64,000 nucleotides of DNA from Phoronis australis. Lineage: Eukaryota > Animalia > Phoronida. A program made the position numbers and the translations under genes. Below, one piece after another: positions 1-13,511 of this stretch; within the stretch, counting starts at the first letter, position 1; every line of letters begins with the position of its first letter. The notes beneath the pieces were generated by a model that did not search any database, was not told the origin of the DNA, and saw only the letters and a program-made list of their open reading frames with translations. Location: positions 133,375 through 197,374 of the forward strand of contig NMRA01000662.1 of the NCBI GenBank assembly GCA_002633005.1, in the 5' to 3' direction.

Positions 1-634
1 CAGGCCACGCACTGTTCGCTACTCATCTACTTCTTACACAAGATGAAGTGCATGAACTATTGACCTATTGAGTGACGGCTTATCTGACCAATCAGAAGGC
101 ATCATTCTTGACACACCTTCATTTCCAAGCCGCCATTTTACCTGACAACACATTGCCTGCTAAAACTTATTGTTTGTTTGTCGACATTGGGCAAGGGGGC
201 GGACCTTGCGATAGGTCAATTAACAATATCGGCAATTCATTTTGATGAATCAGCTTGTTGTTTTATTAAAAGCAACAGAGAAGTGAGTTTTAGTTACATT
301 TCTTCTGTCTTATTGGGATAGTAAAACACAAGAAGATACCATTCTACAAAATTAACTGTAATTTTGAACCTTGTTAACCAGTGGCACAGCGGAAAAGAGT
401 ACATTTTGTCCGGGTAACATATTTGTGGTCTGTGAGCCGTGTTTTTTGGTGGATATGTGTTTTTGGTTGAGTGCGGGCATGAGTTCACAGACCCCTGAGT
501 CGGGTTTATTCACGAGGGACTATGTTCCTAAGTGTGGGGCTGTGTTGTTCAGGTAGCCCAAGCTATGGTGTGAAATGTCAGGCTCTATTGGAATTACGTG
601 TCCCTTTGTTTTATGACATGACGTTTTGTTGCAG

Positions 635-906
635 GTGTGCCCCAACCTGTGCCCCCACCACCCCCTCAGACTGTGCTCCCTCCCCAGCAGCGCTCCACGT
701 ACTCCAGTCAACCAGCCAATCAGTACTCAACTGTTGTTGATACGTCCAAGATCCCGTCACTACTCAACGGCAACTACAGCGCCCCAGCGGGGCTAACGCC
801 GCCATCGTCGTCGCGTCTCAACGGTCCTGGTCTCTCCAATGGCCCACCTCCGTCATCACACCCTCCAAGGCACCACTACAACAAACAGCAATATTACAAG
901 CGATGA
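635..906 (+). CDS. Terminal coding exon of an unidentified gene (Pro/Ser/Gln-rich low-complexity C-terminus ending HHYNKQQYYKR*); upstream exons not identified, probably outside the window
   Basis: Acceptor ttttgttgcag|GT GTG CCC at 634/635, open frame GVPQPVPPPPPQ...YYKR, TGA at 904-906; GC-rich coding-like composition followed by an AT/GT-rich UTR-like tract. Confidence 0.7.
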
Positions 907-1788
907 CAGGTGCTGCCACCTAGGGGTCTATCTGCTATGTAGATATCTACGCCCGTTGGCCTGTGAGCAATGACCTACACAGCTGCTGTTTCTCTGTGAA
1001 CTAGATAACTCATTGTACATAGTTGTTACGTAGCACTCTATTTAACCAGTTGTACATGTTCTTAATCCACTCCGGTGATTGCTGTGTTGTACTGCCTATG
1101 CTTGTTCTGTCTCTGTACATATGAACAACAAATATTTTCATGGACTATCATTGATTCTCTTGATAATCTTTGTCACAAAAAGAGTCGCGCTTGTCTTATG
1201 TTCTTTATTTTCATTCGAGTTTCCTAGATTGGCTTCTCACACGATTGCTTTTCCTCTTGGAAAGTGCATCTGGTTTGAATTGTTGCTTTTACTTTTAGGA
1301 GTCGATTTGTGTTCATTCTCATCATTTCTTGGCAGTGAATTTTTGTAAGCTATCATCTGAACCTGTGGTAGTCATGGCTGTCAATTGTGTTTGAAAGGAT
1401 GCCCTCCTACATTGAGCAGCATTAACATTCGAGAAAGCTCCAATGCATACTTGTTACATGTGCTCACTGCCAGTTTATCGTATGTAAATATATACATATA
1501 ATATCAATGTAAACTGTTTACTCCTCTGCCAAAATGTCCTCACCTGACATTGTATATATACAAGGTGTTTGCATTAATGTTTCAGTGCGATCTTGTGTGT
1601 TAGATGTACCATAAATAAGATGATTAGATAAGGTGTTAGGTCACCGCGTTTTTATTGGGCTGACAGTGGTTTTAGATTGATGTGAAAGGAAATTAGGTGT
1701 AAACATGGGTATACGTTTGCTTTGTACATTTGCAATGTATATATATTGTTTGTAGTAAACATTTTAGATAAAAAAACGACCATTGTAT

Positions 1789-1794
1789 AATAAA
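1789..1794 (+). promoter_or_regulatory. Candidate polyadenylation signal of the upstream gene
   Basis: AATAAA followed ~25 nt later by a T-rich tract (gtttattttattttactttgttt). Confidence 0.45.
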
Positions 1795-1897
1795 AAGCTA
1801 TTCTCACAAATTGTAATTAGTTTATTTTATTTTACTTTGTTTAATCTAAAAACGTGTAAACGTCATCTGATAAATAAAAACAAACTTTGTAAGTTGT

Positions 1898-2993
1898 GCA
1901 ACCCTTATATACAATGAATACATTGGACACTGTCCTTAGCAGCAATCCTTATATACAATAAAGACATTGGACACTGTCCTTAGCAGCAACCCTTATATAC
2001 AATGAATACGTTGGACACTCTCCTTAGCAGCAATCCTTATATACAATGAATACTTTGGACACTGTCCTTGGCAGCAACCTTTATATACGATGATTACATT
2101 GGACACTGTCCTTAGATAATTATACAAGAGACTTTGTAGAAGTGGTTCCATCATTTCTTCAGCAACACTGAATCACGACTATCACTGGTATCCGTTGTGA
2201 AACGACGAACAGGGATTAAGGAACAGGAACATAGAACAAAAGGATATTATCTAGCCCCCCAACCCTTTGAGAGTGCATATATGTATGAAGAACATATGAG
2301 GAACAAAAAGGCTGAGAGCCAAACAAATCCACACGAGTATGGTAGAAAATGTGTTACAAAAGACCGTGTATCACAGTGATACTTGGGACCTCACTAATTG
2401 AGAGTTTGAGATGAAATGTTCCTAAGGGAGAACTATAGTGGTCTGTCTCCCAAACGTCTTTCAGGGCGTGTACTTTCCTTCAGCCCAGGTTTGTTGTATG
2501 ACTGAAGAGCTCGTAATGCGCGTGGTATACGAGTTTTCGCCGGAGATGAAGGAGGGTGTGCTTCCGATGTTGGCATTATGGGTGTAGTCATTGGTTCTGG
2601 GTCAGCCACTGGATTGTCGATTGAGCTGTTATCGGGTACTGGTATTTTCGGAGTGTCTGTTGACGTGCTTCGAGTTTGTGCCGCCTAGTCGGGAGCATTG
2701 ACGGGTTCTTGGTATGTATTGGGGGCAGAGGCACTAGGTGTCAGTGGGGCCATGGGTGCGCTGTGTGTCACCGTGACCGTGGGTGACGGCAGTGTGGCCA
2801 GTGCACTGTCCTTAGCAGCAACCCTTATATACAATGAATACATTGGACACTGTCCTTAGCAGCAACCCTGATATAGAATTTATACATTGGACACTGTCTT
2901 TAGTAGCAACCCTTTTATACAACTTATACATTGGACACTGTCCTCAGCAGCAACCCTAATATACAATTTATACATTGGACACTGTTCTTAGCA
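1898..2993. repeat. 44-bp minisatellite (cattggacactgtccttagcagcaacccttatatacaatgaata), ~5 units at 1898-2113 and ~4 units at 2804-2993, split by a retroelement fragment
   Basis: Units directly visible, e.g. starts at 1921 and 1965. Confidence 0.95.
2114..2803 (-). mobile_element. 3' fragment of a Gypsy-type LTR retrotransposon: pol tail, polypurine tract and 139-bp 3' LTR (2114-2252)
   Basis: Minus strand reads ...SSPAKTRIPRALRALQSYNKPGLKESTRPERRLGDRPL* (one internal stop), a tail motif I recognise from invertebrate Gypsy pol; PPT GGGTTGGGGGGCT abuts an LTR bounded by the 7-bp inverted repeats AGATAAT...ATTATCT. Confidence 0.75.
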
Positions 2994-5900
2994 GTGGTGG
3001 GGAAATCCAGTGAAATTTTGAAAAAATGATATTGATTTCCCGGGAATTCCACTCGGTTTAATGGTATTGGGTTACTGTCATGTCCAGGTGCTAAAATGTT
3101 TTGCAATGGAATTTGTACACAGAGGATAGGGTGAACAATTTAATTTCATCTTGGTCAACCACTCCTGTTATGGGTGGAATAGATGCTGACGTACGGATCT
3201 ATAGGATCCCCACCTGGTAATCGAAACAATCTGGTGACTAACACACCGTTTCGAGATCAAACTTCTTAATTCAAGAACTGGATCAATTCAAAATCATTTT
3301 GCATGAACCAGACTCTCTCTATAGCCGACAGAGCTTGAAAATTCCCTTGCCGCGACAGCACTACATTCAATTTGAGATGTTTTGCAACTAAATTGAAGCG
3401 GTTGTCCAATTCCCTACATGATCTGTTTAAAGTCTTTTTTTACTTATAAATTCTCCGGAAGTTCTTAGTTTCAGTGTACATGACCTATGAAGTCCTGTCA
3501 TTGTAAAGCGGATATGAAGACGCCTTTCAGCTCAGGAAATTTGATTAAAAAATGTTTTTCGTTATTGGTCTCAAAATGTTCTGTAGTCAAACATGAGGAG
3601 TCAGGGCTTCGAGAGAATTGACGTTCATGGTCGGCACAGAATTTAGTGGGCTTGGCATCTACTAGCCTCCACACTGCCCTTTAATTCTTGACGATAACCG
3701 GCTGGCTCCTGGCGATAAATTCGATGAGGCCGAAGTGTCATTAATGTTCATACCGCACTGCAGCGTCGACGCTCCCCTATTAAATCCATTTACTTGCTGC
3801 GATGATAACTGGCGCTGTTAACTTCGACCCAGAACCGAATTTAATCGTTCATGCTAATCGCAATTCCCCAAAACATCGATGCATCGACGTTAGTATGAAA
3901 GAGCCTTTAGAAATTATGTCAGAAACTAGGCAAATGTATATTCTCAGAGACTTAGCACTTTTCCTCAAGTGAGATTTAACTGTTTTCCAGAAATAGTTAT
4001 GTGGTGCTTAAAGACCCTTTCATACCGACTTAACTCCAGCCACCACCATTATCTCACCACCATCTCCATCTCCATGACCACCACCATTATTACCTCACCA
4101 TCATCGCTACCGTTATCTTCACCATCACCATCACAATTTTTCCTCTGATTAGCATTGTCATCGTCACCTTTGGAAGGACGGAAGAAACACCCTGGTGGTA
4201 CTCCCATAGAGGAGGTACATGTATATGAGATATACCGCTTAGAAGGAGCACTTTTTCATGATCAGTTTATATAGAAAAGGGGACCTCTTCCCGACGGAAT
4301 CACCTTGTCTGTCAAAATTCCCTACAAAAGGGTTCATGCTTGAAACTCTGTATTAGAACAGCTCATTTGAAACGCTAATGTGATCTTTTACATTACATAA
4401 GGCTGGTGTTTCCCTGCAAAAGTGGGAGTTTTCATGGAAGCTCCCTTCAAGTGAGTCCCTTGTTCGAGTCTACTTTATAAATGGGTGGGTTTTCCAAAGT
4501 TCCAGATGCAGCCCCGTCAACAACATTATCGAGAAACTCCCCCGGAACATTACATTCAGTGCAATAAGAATTATCAAACCAACTAATAAAACGACGACAA
4601 ATGCAGTGGCAGTAGAGGCGACGGCAGCGGCGGCGGTGGCGGCGGCAGCACGCAAGCCAATAAAGGATACGCAATGGGCGCAAAGGGCATTCAATGACTG
4701 CGCAATATATCTTTCGTTGGCCTAACCACACATTTGACGTAGTATGGTTGAGAACGCGTTTTATGTAGAGATATGGAGATTATGTACTGAAATGGTGAGA
4801 TTTTGCAAATTAATTACAGAAAATTGGATAAATTGGAATATCCTGTTCAGATTATTCAAACGTTTAATTTTAGCAAGATGCCGGTTAATCGTGAAATATG
4901 ATGTAACATTATTCGACAGATAAGTTGTTTTAATCGATCAAACTGCGTACTTTGGTGTTCGTCACACAACTGTGAGACTTGCACAGTCGGGGGCGTGCTG
5001 GTGACGACGTGGGGGGGGGGGGGGNGCGTGTGAGTACCAAAAATGAGTATCTTGCCAATATCACTTTAATGCAAGTAAGACATTAAAATTGATAAACCAT
5101 CTATCATTTAATTACGACAATTACTGTTTCAAAATAGGCCTTTGTCTTATCTGAGACTAAAACCGACTTCTCGACTTAAAAACAACTGTCAAATCGGTAT
5201 TACCTCAGATGAGGAACATTAAATTGCTTGTCACTCATGACCAGTTTCATTCACCAAGGTATTACAGCCGCCAGGGGAATATCGGGGGGTTCTATTGTAA
5301 CCAGATTCATTTCAAAATTAATTTGTCTGTGAAGAAAGTGGATGTTTTTAAAACCAGACCGTGGTTTGTGGCGGCCTTAGTACGACAGCAGTTTCCTCAA
5401 TGCTTTGTTTCCTTTGCGTTTTTATTTCTTATTATAGATAACAAAAATCCGTTTGCGTATCCTTGCCATGATGTCAAATAACAGGCTATGAAAGCTGTCC
5501 GCAAGACATGGCATCAAACAATTTTAAAAAGGGTACCAAAGGATTATTTCCAAATGTTTAGAAATGACTGCGGCAATAAAGACTTGGATCAAGCTGAAAC
5601 ACTTGGGCACTGTCTACACGACTGCGTTTTGTTTTCATTTTCAAAACACGGCTAATCGAAAAATCATCCGCTGATAGCAATTTTATATAGATTTTTCTAT
5701 CCATACGAAATTGCCAATGCGAGCAATTGTAACAATGACCAACCATATTTTCCAAGTTACGTTTCCGATGTTAACACAAATATAATGAAAACAGCGGCTA
5801 CAAAATCTTCTCTGCTGAGCATTATCACAATAGGACAGCTGTGGACAGATACTGTATCCGTAGAGAAAAAACCCGTTTTCAACTGATCTTGACAGCGCCT

Positions 5901-6354
5901 TTGCGTTGCTGAACCTTCTCAAGCCTAGAAATCCGAAAGCGAATCAGGAACTAGAAGAGACGGACTTAATAATATTAAGCGGTATAAAGTAAGATTGGAC
6001 ATTATCGACAAGCCTACTTAATTAGACAAATATCTACAAAACTATAGATTTAACACGGTAAAAGCGCACAGAATTTGAAGATTGAATTTTTACCAATCTG
6101 GCATTAATTGGGTCACGTGACCATGTTTTTTCGGGCAACTTTAGATTTTTTTCATGAAAATCGTAAAAGCGAAACAAAATCAAAAACAATCCCTAAAGTC
6201 GTAGCTGCAAGTTTCACAGAAACCATATATCTGCCATTTCTGAAATATGAGAGTCCGAGGTTCGCAAAATTTGGAATTCTTCTTGGGTCGCACATAATCT
6301 TAAAAGTTGTTTTTAACGGAAGGCACCTTTTTATTGTCCCTTTAATTGTCATAT

Positions 6355-6393
6355 TGTGTGTATGTGTGTGTGTGTGTGTGTGTGTGCGCGCGC
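6355..6393. repeat. (TG)n(CG)n microsatellite
   Basis: Directly visible. Confidence 0.95.
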
Positions 6394-7792
6394 ACGTGGG
6401 CGTGCCTCTGCGCTTGTCTTATTGTATGAATTCCTTTGAACATAGATTGTTTTATGTGTCTTGATATTCCTTACGACTACAGTACGTCTGTTGCAGCATT
6501 GTTTCCCATATACTCAATGGAGAGTAAGAAAAGTACTCTAAACCACAACTTGTTCAAAGACATCATCCAAAAATCTGAGCGCCTACTCCACAACCCTGCG
6601 TAGAAGACCGGATTTTATAACCGGAATGACTCAAACTCCCGTATGGCTTCACGTTTAAGAGAAGACACTTGTTTTTCGTAATTAATAAAAGGCTTCCCAG
6701 ATTTCGACTGTTGTGCCGCATCCTGTTAGACTGGCGTTACTTACCTGATGTGTAATCAAAGACTTTGAAATCAATATCAAAACATCTTTTTTTACTTTGT
6801 CTTGCCCACTTATCTCTGAAGAAGGCAAAAGTCGACACCTAAACCGCATAGTTAGTTATAAATTGACGGCGTGTATTGTTTTGTGGCTGTGGGTAACCAC
6901 CACTAGTTTCCGCTCTGGTCGCTGGAGGCAGTGATGGTGGTAAACCTTGTTGTTTACAAATAGTGACCTGATTTTGTAGGCTATTCCGTAGGATTAGTGA
7001 CACTTATGTAAAAGTGACAACTCTTGCGTTAGAACTGCCGTCCGTCGTGGGTTGGCCGCCTTACGTTAGAAATTTAACTTTTTATATAGACAATTAACTT
7101 ACCATTATGATATCCTTGACTTACTCATTCCGGTCACCGAATCGTTTGAAAAGCTGCTATGAGCCTCGCGTTCCACCAAAAAAAAACGAAATATACTGGT
7201 TTACACAAATTACTGCAATAAATCCCGTATCAACGCGGTCCTGATTCAGGTACTGACAATTCGTAAAATCTCATGACACGCAGTTACAAACCAACTTATG
7301 GTCGGTCAGTTCTTCTCGAGCACAGAAATCATCACCAACTTGAACGATTCACAAGGTAAGCTTAACCATAACTGTAAGTGGTCAAAATCACAAATATCAT
7401 AATCATCAGTCGGCTCACGTGCGGCTTTAGTACATTTCTTTTTGTGCATTTACCAAAAGCGATATCTCATGCTGCGCAATTTTTGAAAATCCGATCACTT
7501 TCGTTCAATTTGGGGTGGAAACTTTTGTTTCTCGTTTATTTAGCGTTCGTAATTACCATGGACCGAATGGATTTTTTGATCGCTTCAATGGAACGATTGG
7601 CCAGTCGTACTATTGAAGCTAAACTTGGTTTGTGCCCGTTTCCGTGTGACCTGATTAACTTCATTTTATGGTGCTCAGTACAGTCAGTAGGATGATGCCT
7701 CATCACCATCACTTGACGTAACTATAACATTAGTACCAATAGTAAACTATTTCATTTCGAACAGAGAAATAATAACGCAAAAATCAATTGGC

Positions 7793-7805
7793 GGGTCAAA
7801 GGTCA
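7793..7805 (+). promoter_or_regulatory. Consensus DR1 nuclear-receptor element GGGTCA-A-AGGTCA
   Basis: Exact RGGTCA-n-RGGTCA match; function untested. Confidence 0.35.
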
Positions 7806-10800
7806 AATTTGTCTACCCGTTTGTGAGGTACAAAAACACAATCATTACGTTTACATATTCCAAGAAAATGTGCACGTTTTGCCCTGTCCATACAATGTTG
7901 TGGTCACGAAATATTCGAAATGTCTGTGACAAGGTCGCTTGACAGGGTCATTGAGTAAATCACACATGGAAACGGAGACATCACGTTGCAATGCAACAAA
8001 CCATGTTGCTAACTTTTTGTATTCGATTGTTGAGACTTCGTTGACCTTCGGACCGATTCCAATTGCACTCGGTTGTTTTCGTAATTTAATCATCACAACA
8101 GCAAGACTTAATCTATTTCCGGACTTGAAAGCCACTTCCACATTCTAAATATGACCCTTATGACTATATATAGATTCTGTTTACTACGGATTTCACTACG
8201 TTCATTCACAAATAAAATACAGCGAGTGTCGTCATTAATCAAATTTGGCAAGGGCTTCCTTATATGGACAGTGAGCCGGTTCAATTTTAGTAGCTGGACG
8301 AAATAATTGACTTAACAGGCGCTGCCTGTTACGCTGACAGATTGCCACTAAGGATTCTATTTTTAGACATTTAGTGTTAAGGTGCCTGTCATTTTAGAGT
8401 AAACATGTTGTTTTGGCAAATGTAATTAATCAAATGTTATTAGCTAATACACAAGCTTAATTTATGAGAATATAAGTTTTAACGTCGCAAGTGAATCTGG
8501 TTAGACTTTGTACGTAACTGTAGTACAGTAAGAGATATCTCAATGGCGACGAAGTACACAGCTTAAAAACAATTCATGAATGACACTTCATATCGCAAAC
8601 AACACAGAAAAATACTGTTGAGCTGGAAAAAAGTATTATTCATAACGGATTTATTGTCATAAGAACACGAAAATTTTTTTGCACATTACACGGAACAGTT
8701 TTGACCATGAACTTCAAAACAACAACTGTCAGATGTAATTAAGCTTGTCGAATTTCCTAAAATACAACAGATTTCGAAACCGCCGTCAACATTCAATACC
8801 CCTACTGGGCGATTGACCGAGCAGATTTGGTCTGTCGCACTTGGCGCAGTGGGTCGCCGACTCGCTTCATTTGAGCTGAAGCGCCAACAATAGGCACCGA
8901 GCCTTGAACTTGTGAAAACAAGTTATTCATAATCTAGAAGTTTAAACTGATACCCTTTCCTGGGAACGACTCGACAACGCATACTCACAGTGATTCACTG
9001 TAATTGTGCGTGAGAACGCGACTGAGCGCCAAAGTGGCAAATATAAACGCCGTATGTTTTTAATAAATATATACTGGTGATCCCGCTTAAGTACAAACGT
9101 TTAGACTTGTATCACTGAGCTTTGGTTGTTTAGCGAAACTGGTATGGATTTCAGTTGGCCTCAAACAAGTATGAACAAATACGAAATCGGAAACTTAATA
9201 AATTTGAATCCTACAAGAAACAAATCACCACGTTGACTTCGTGTATGAAACACTGAACAAAGTTCAATAAGCCACTAACACAACCAAAAGGTAAAAGGTC
9301 TTGCTAAAATAGGGACAGATCAGCCAGACACGGAGAACGGCGCGAACTGTCGCCTCACGGGGACAGCGCACAGGAAGTCTCCCACACCGGGCGATGGTGG
9401 CGGTCTCCGCGAAACGTTTCAAGAAAAATTGAGTAAGACAACATCAACACTATTTAAACCACCGCTATAAGTATTGGCTGGAAGGCACGGTGACAACAAT
9501 TAATGAATTGTACGCTTCGTGTGTGTCTGTGAGAAATCGCTCGTACGATGTGATTCAGGTCTGACTAGACGCGTTATCACAAGGCCCGACATTAGCGGAC
9601 CGCCTTCCTGTTTGTTTGGCTTATAATTCATAGCACAGTAGTATATTGTTCGGCTAATAGACACCACATTAGCAAGACGTTTCTCTCTATTAATGCGTCC
9701 CATTTTCTAACCAATAACAGTTATCGGGAATTAATTAATTTGTTTTGCTTACCAATGATTTTCCCCGAGAAACAAATTTCAGTATTTCACATGTGACTTT
9801 TCGCAGCTGTCCTGTGCAGGAGAGTGAACGTTGAAACGTCGTATGCTATAAGAATATTTCACTCTCGTGTTTTGAGAGAAACGATCGTGGAATAAAAGAA
9901 ACAACACACGCTGAATTGGAGCATGTCCAGCCGAGGATTCTGCTTATTCATGCAGTATAATATTTAAAAAAGAAATAAAGCTGAGATTTGGCCTGTTTAG
10001 CTGACTGGGTGAAAACCGAATTAGGCATTTTACTCTCATAATAGGTCTCAACATTCCTTACCGGGATATGAGTATTTCTGTTAACCAACAAGAACGTTGA
10101 ACCAACCAGGGGCTCAAGAAAACGCTTCAGAATTAAATATTGCGAATTCAAAAATGGCATGTGAATTAACATGTACTCATGGTTGCGGCGTGCCTGCTCA
10201 TTTGATAATAATTCACGATGGGGTTAGGCGTAGTAATGATTTCAACTCCACGGCGCTCCAGCTAAGAATTCAACATAGAGAGTTAAACAGGGGAGAAATG
10301 CAGTTTTAGGTTTGGCAGTATCCAAAAGTGACTAAAACGTTGAATTTTAAGTGTTGGTTCTGTTCCATAGTATTTACTGTAAAGACTTCTTTTAAGTTGT
10401 CTTACTGTCCGTAGCACAATTTGCTTCCACGCCTAATATTCATCTTTCGGCACATATGACGTGAGGATCACAACTGACGTCATTACTACACGAAATTACC
10501 ATAACCGTAAATCAGCATCTATTAGCGGAATTGCAACGAGATTCAAAAGATTAATGCTACTTTTGAGAGACAACGATTTCTTGCGGTTATGATATTTTTC
10601 GAAACTCCCCCTGTAATTATGTTATAATTAATAATATTATTATCCAAAATTAAATGGAAGCGAGTTACAAAAGAAATTTGTTCGCGAAAATACGTTGTCC
10701 ATAAAACGACATTAAATTGCGACTTTTATATAAATATTTCTATTAATTAAAATACTTGATGATGAGCGAGGGTGTTTTAAGGGCAAGCCAAATGTTGCGT

Positions 10801-13296
10801 CCAAACTATTAAGCCTGAAAACAGTGTCATTCTTTGTTCATTATTAACGGTTGATTAATTAACGAATGGCTCTAAATGGATAGCTGTAGGATTAATTATC
10901 CTACTGAGCTCACGATATAGTAATTAAAGCCATTTTGCAGAGGAAATTCGCAGTTCTTTTTTCTCGCAATCAATTCTGTGGTTATACGGAGCATCGTTTT
11001 CAGAATAAATAAGGTTTAATTCCTCTCAGATGAGCATACGTGGATGACGATGAATATACGGGGGTCGTACATTTTTAGACTTTGTTTATTACAGCTTGCG
11101 TGCCGAGCTTTAAGAATTAAAGGGATTTAACTGACAAGAAAATTTTACGGTTGTACAGTAACGTGACCAATTTACGGGGTATCCCTGTTTTACATAGTAT
11201 TCATTGTACGTGACCAGTGTCACAGGTGATCAGACTCGTCACGGGGATATTCAACTGAACACTTCTGGTGGGAAGGTGTAAAAATGTGTTTATAAAATTA
11301 CGTTGGCTTTAAGAAACCAATTTGTTTTAGGTAGCTTAGCCGCCGGTGGCTTTACGTGATTTAACACTGAAGGAGGCTCTTGTCCTCAGTTGTAACTAAG
11401 TACAGTACTTGCAAACTTGTTGTACATTCATAAACCTGACTGCTTCCAATTAAACATAAGTGATTCGGCAAGCCCCGTTCATTTCCGCCTCAACTGTGTT
11501 CTATTGTTCTAACGAAAACCACTCACAGGGTTTATTTTTAGTAGCAAAACCCACAAATTTTAATTGCTTTCTAGGACATCTAATGTAAAATTCATGTGCT
11601 CACGGTGAACAATGATGAGCTGGCCCTTTTCGGAGCTATTTTCGTGAACATAATTCAGATCAAGCTTCATGGCTCATCAGTTAATTCATCCGGGGCTTGT
11701 CCGCCACCCGTGCTGCGTGTGTGGGAGTGCACTTCTGGTGGAAATCTTGATTCAATAGAACTTCACCCATACGATCGGATTCATCATGGTCACGCTTGAG
11801 ACGGCAACAACACAGAATCATGGTTTCTTTTTCTTGGAGAAGACCTCCATTTCAGAACACTAACCTCTGCTCATATAGTCATGGGCGGCGCACCATAGGG
11901 GGCTGGGGGCTATAGCCCCCCACCTTTTTTCAGTGGTACGCCGCACATGATAGTGTATAATATTTATATTTTTACATGACATTAATTTCATGAAAATAGA
12001 AAACTGTTGATTGAGAAATGGCGGTCAGATTTGGACAACGGAACGACGTGCCTTATTTGAAAACTTTTGTCACAGCCTTTTCACAATTGATATGCCATCC
12101 AGGCTGCTCATTATAAATTCACAAACTGCAACGACCCGTTGAAACCTCTGCGACAATCCTCAGTCAATAAGTATCCGTGTAATACACAGTACTCGAGGTT
12201 TTCGATTTCATCTCACGCGCATTAACCTGATTTCTCCGACTCAGCGCCACAGGAGGTTCTCAAAGTTTTCTCGACCGGGGTGGTGATGGTGGGAGGGGGG
12301 TCAAAGCGACCGGCGAGGGGAGCAGCTCAAATAGACATGGCCCCAGTCTTTCTTATGGCCACTATAGCTAAATTTGCTATAGCTCAATAGCTCGAGCATT
12401 ATCCGACAAACCTGACATTGGCAACGCGTTAAAGTGCAGGGGGAGACGACCTCACGCTGTTTCTTCGAAAAACAAAACAGTCACATATTGCTTTCACTTA
12501 GCAAGAAAATATGTTTTGAATTAGCAATGCAGGCTTTACAACATTTGAGTTTTAAATGCGAAAAACAGGTTAAATGGTTTGAAAGTCGTTCACTTCACAC
12601 AAAATTCAGCACGTACTCAGTAGGCTTTAAATTTTTCCGAAATTGTGGACGCCATTTTCAATTACACATTACAATAATTTTGTCCTCTGAAACCGTTAAA
12701 ACTTGATTAATCTGCATTTCTAAAAAGGCATCGTGAAAGTTTTCTTTTAAAATTTTGTTGACTCAATTCGCAAGATATTCATTAGGAATGCAATCATAAT
12801 CAGAAAGATCACCCTGTTTTAAAAAAGGGAATTTTTGGAAATGATCTACAGCGTATATCTCAGTGGAAACATCTCATTTGTTTCTCAACTATTCAGGATA
12901 CCGAACCTCTAAACACCAAAACCAATATAATATACATGATATAACTTACAGAAAGTTTTGACGTGAGAGGTTATCACGCGTGACTAAAAACAACCTATAT
13001 ATATGTAGTACGTTTATCTAAATGTATGACAAACTCCAAAATTAAAAGAAGTTCTCCAAATTGTTCCAAATACAATAAAGAAGAACACAGTTTTTAAAGA
13101 TTGAAACATTTATGATTACTTTTCAACAAGAGTCCAACGACGACTGAAAAACAAAAAAAAATGTTTGGACACTGCCAGGGACATATTTTTTCTCGTTCGT
13201 CACGGTGTCTGAACGTCTTGCGAGTCGTAACGAAAACAATGCGCAATCAAAAACGTGTTAGCGGGACATTAATCTGACATTACTTGGACTGTCGAT

Positions 13297-13459
13297 CTTC
13301 CTGCCTTCCTCCCTACCTGCCCCCCTCCCTGCCTGCCTGCCTCCCTCCCTGCCTGCCTGCCNNNNNNNNNNNNNNNNNNNNNNNNNNNNNNNNNNNNNNN
13401 NNNNNNNNNNNNNNNNNNNNNNNNNNNNNNNNNNNNNNNNNNNNNNNNNNNNNNNNNNN

Positions 13460-13508
<49 letters not shown>
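13297..13508. repeat. (CCTG/CCCT)n and (CT)n microsatellites flanking an assembly gap
   Basis: Directly visible, N-run 13362-13459. Confidence 0.95.

Positions 13509-13511
<3 letters not shown>

Noticed and set aside
6810-6845. Hammerhead-like CTGAAGAAGGC-AAAA-GTCGACAC
   Set aside because: GAAA core is broken and no convincing stems I/III; at most a decayed retroelement trace
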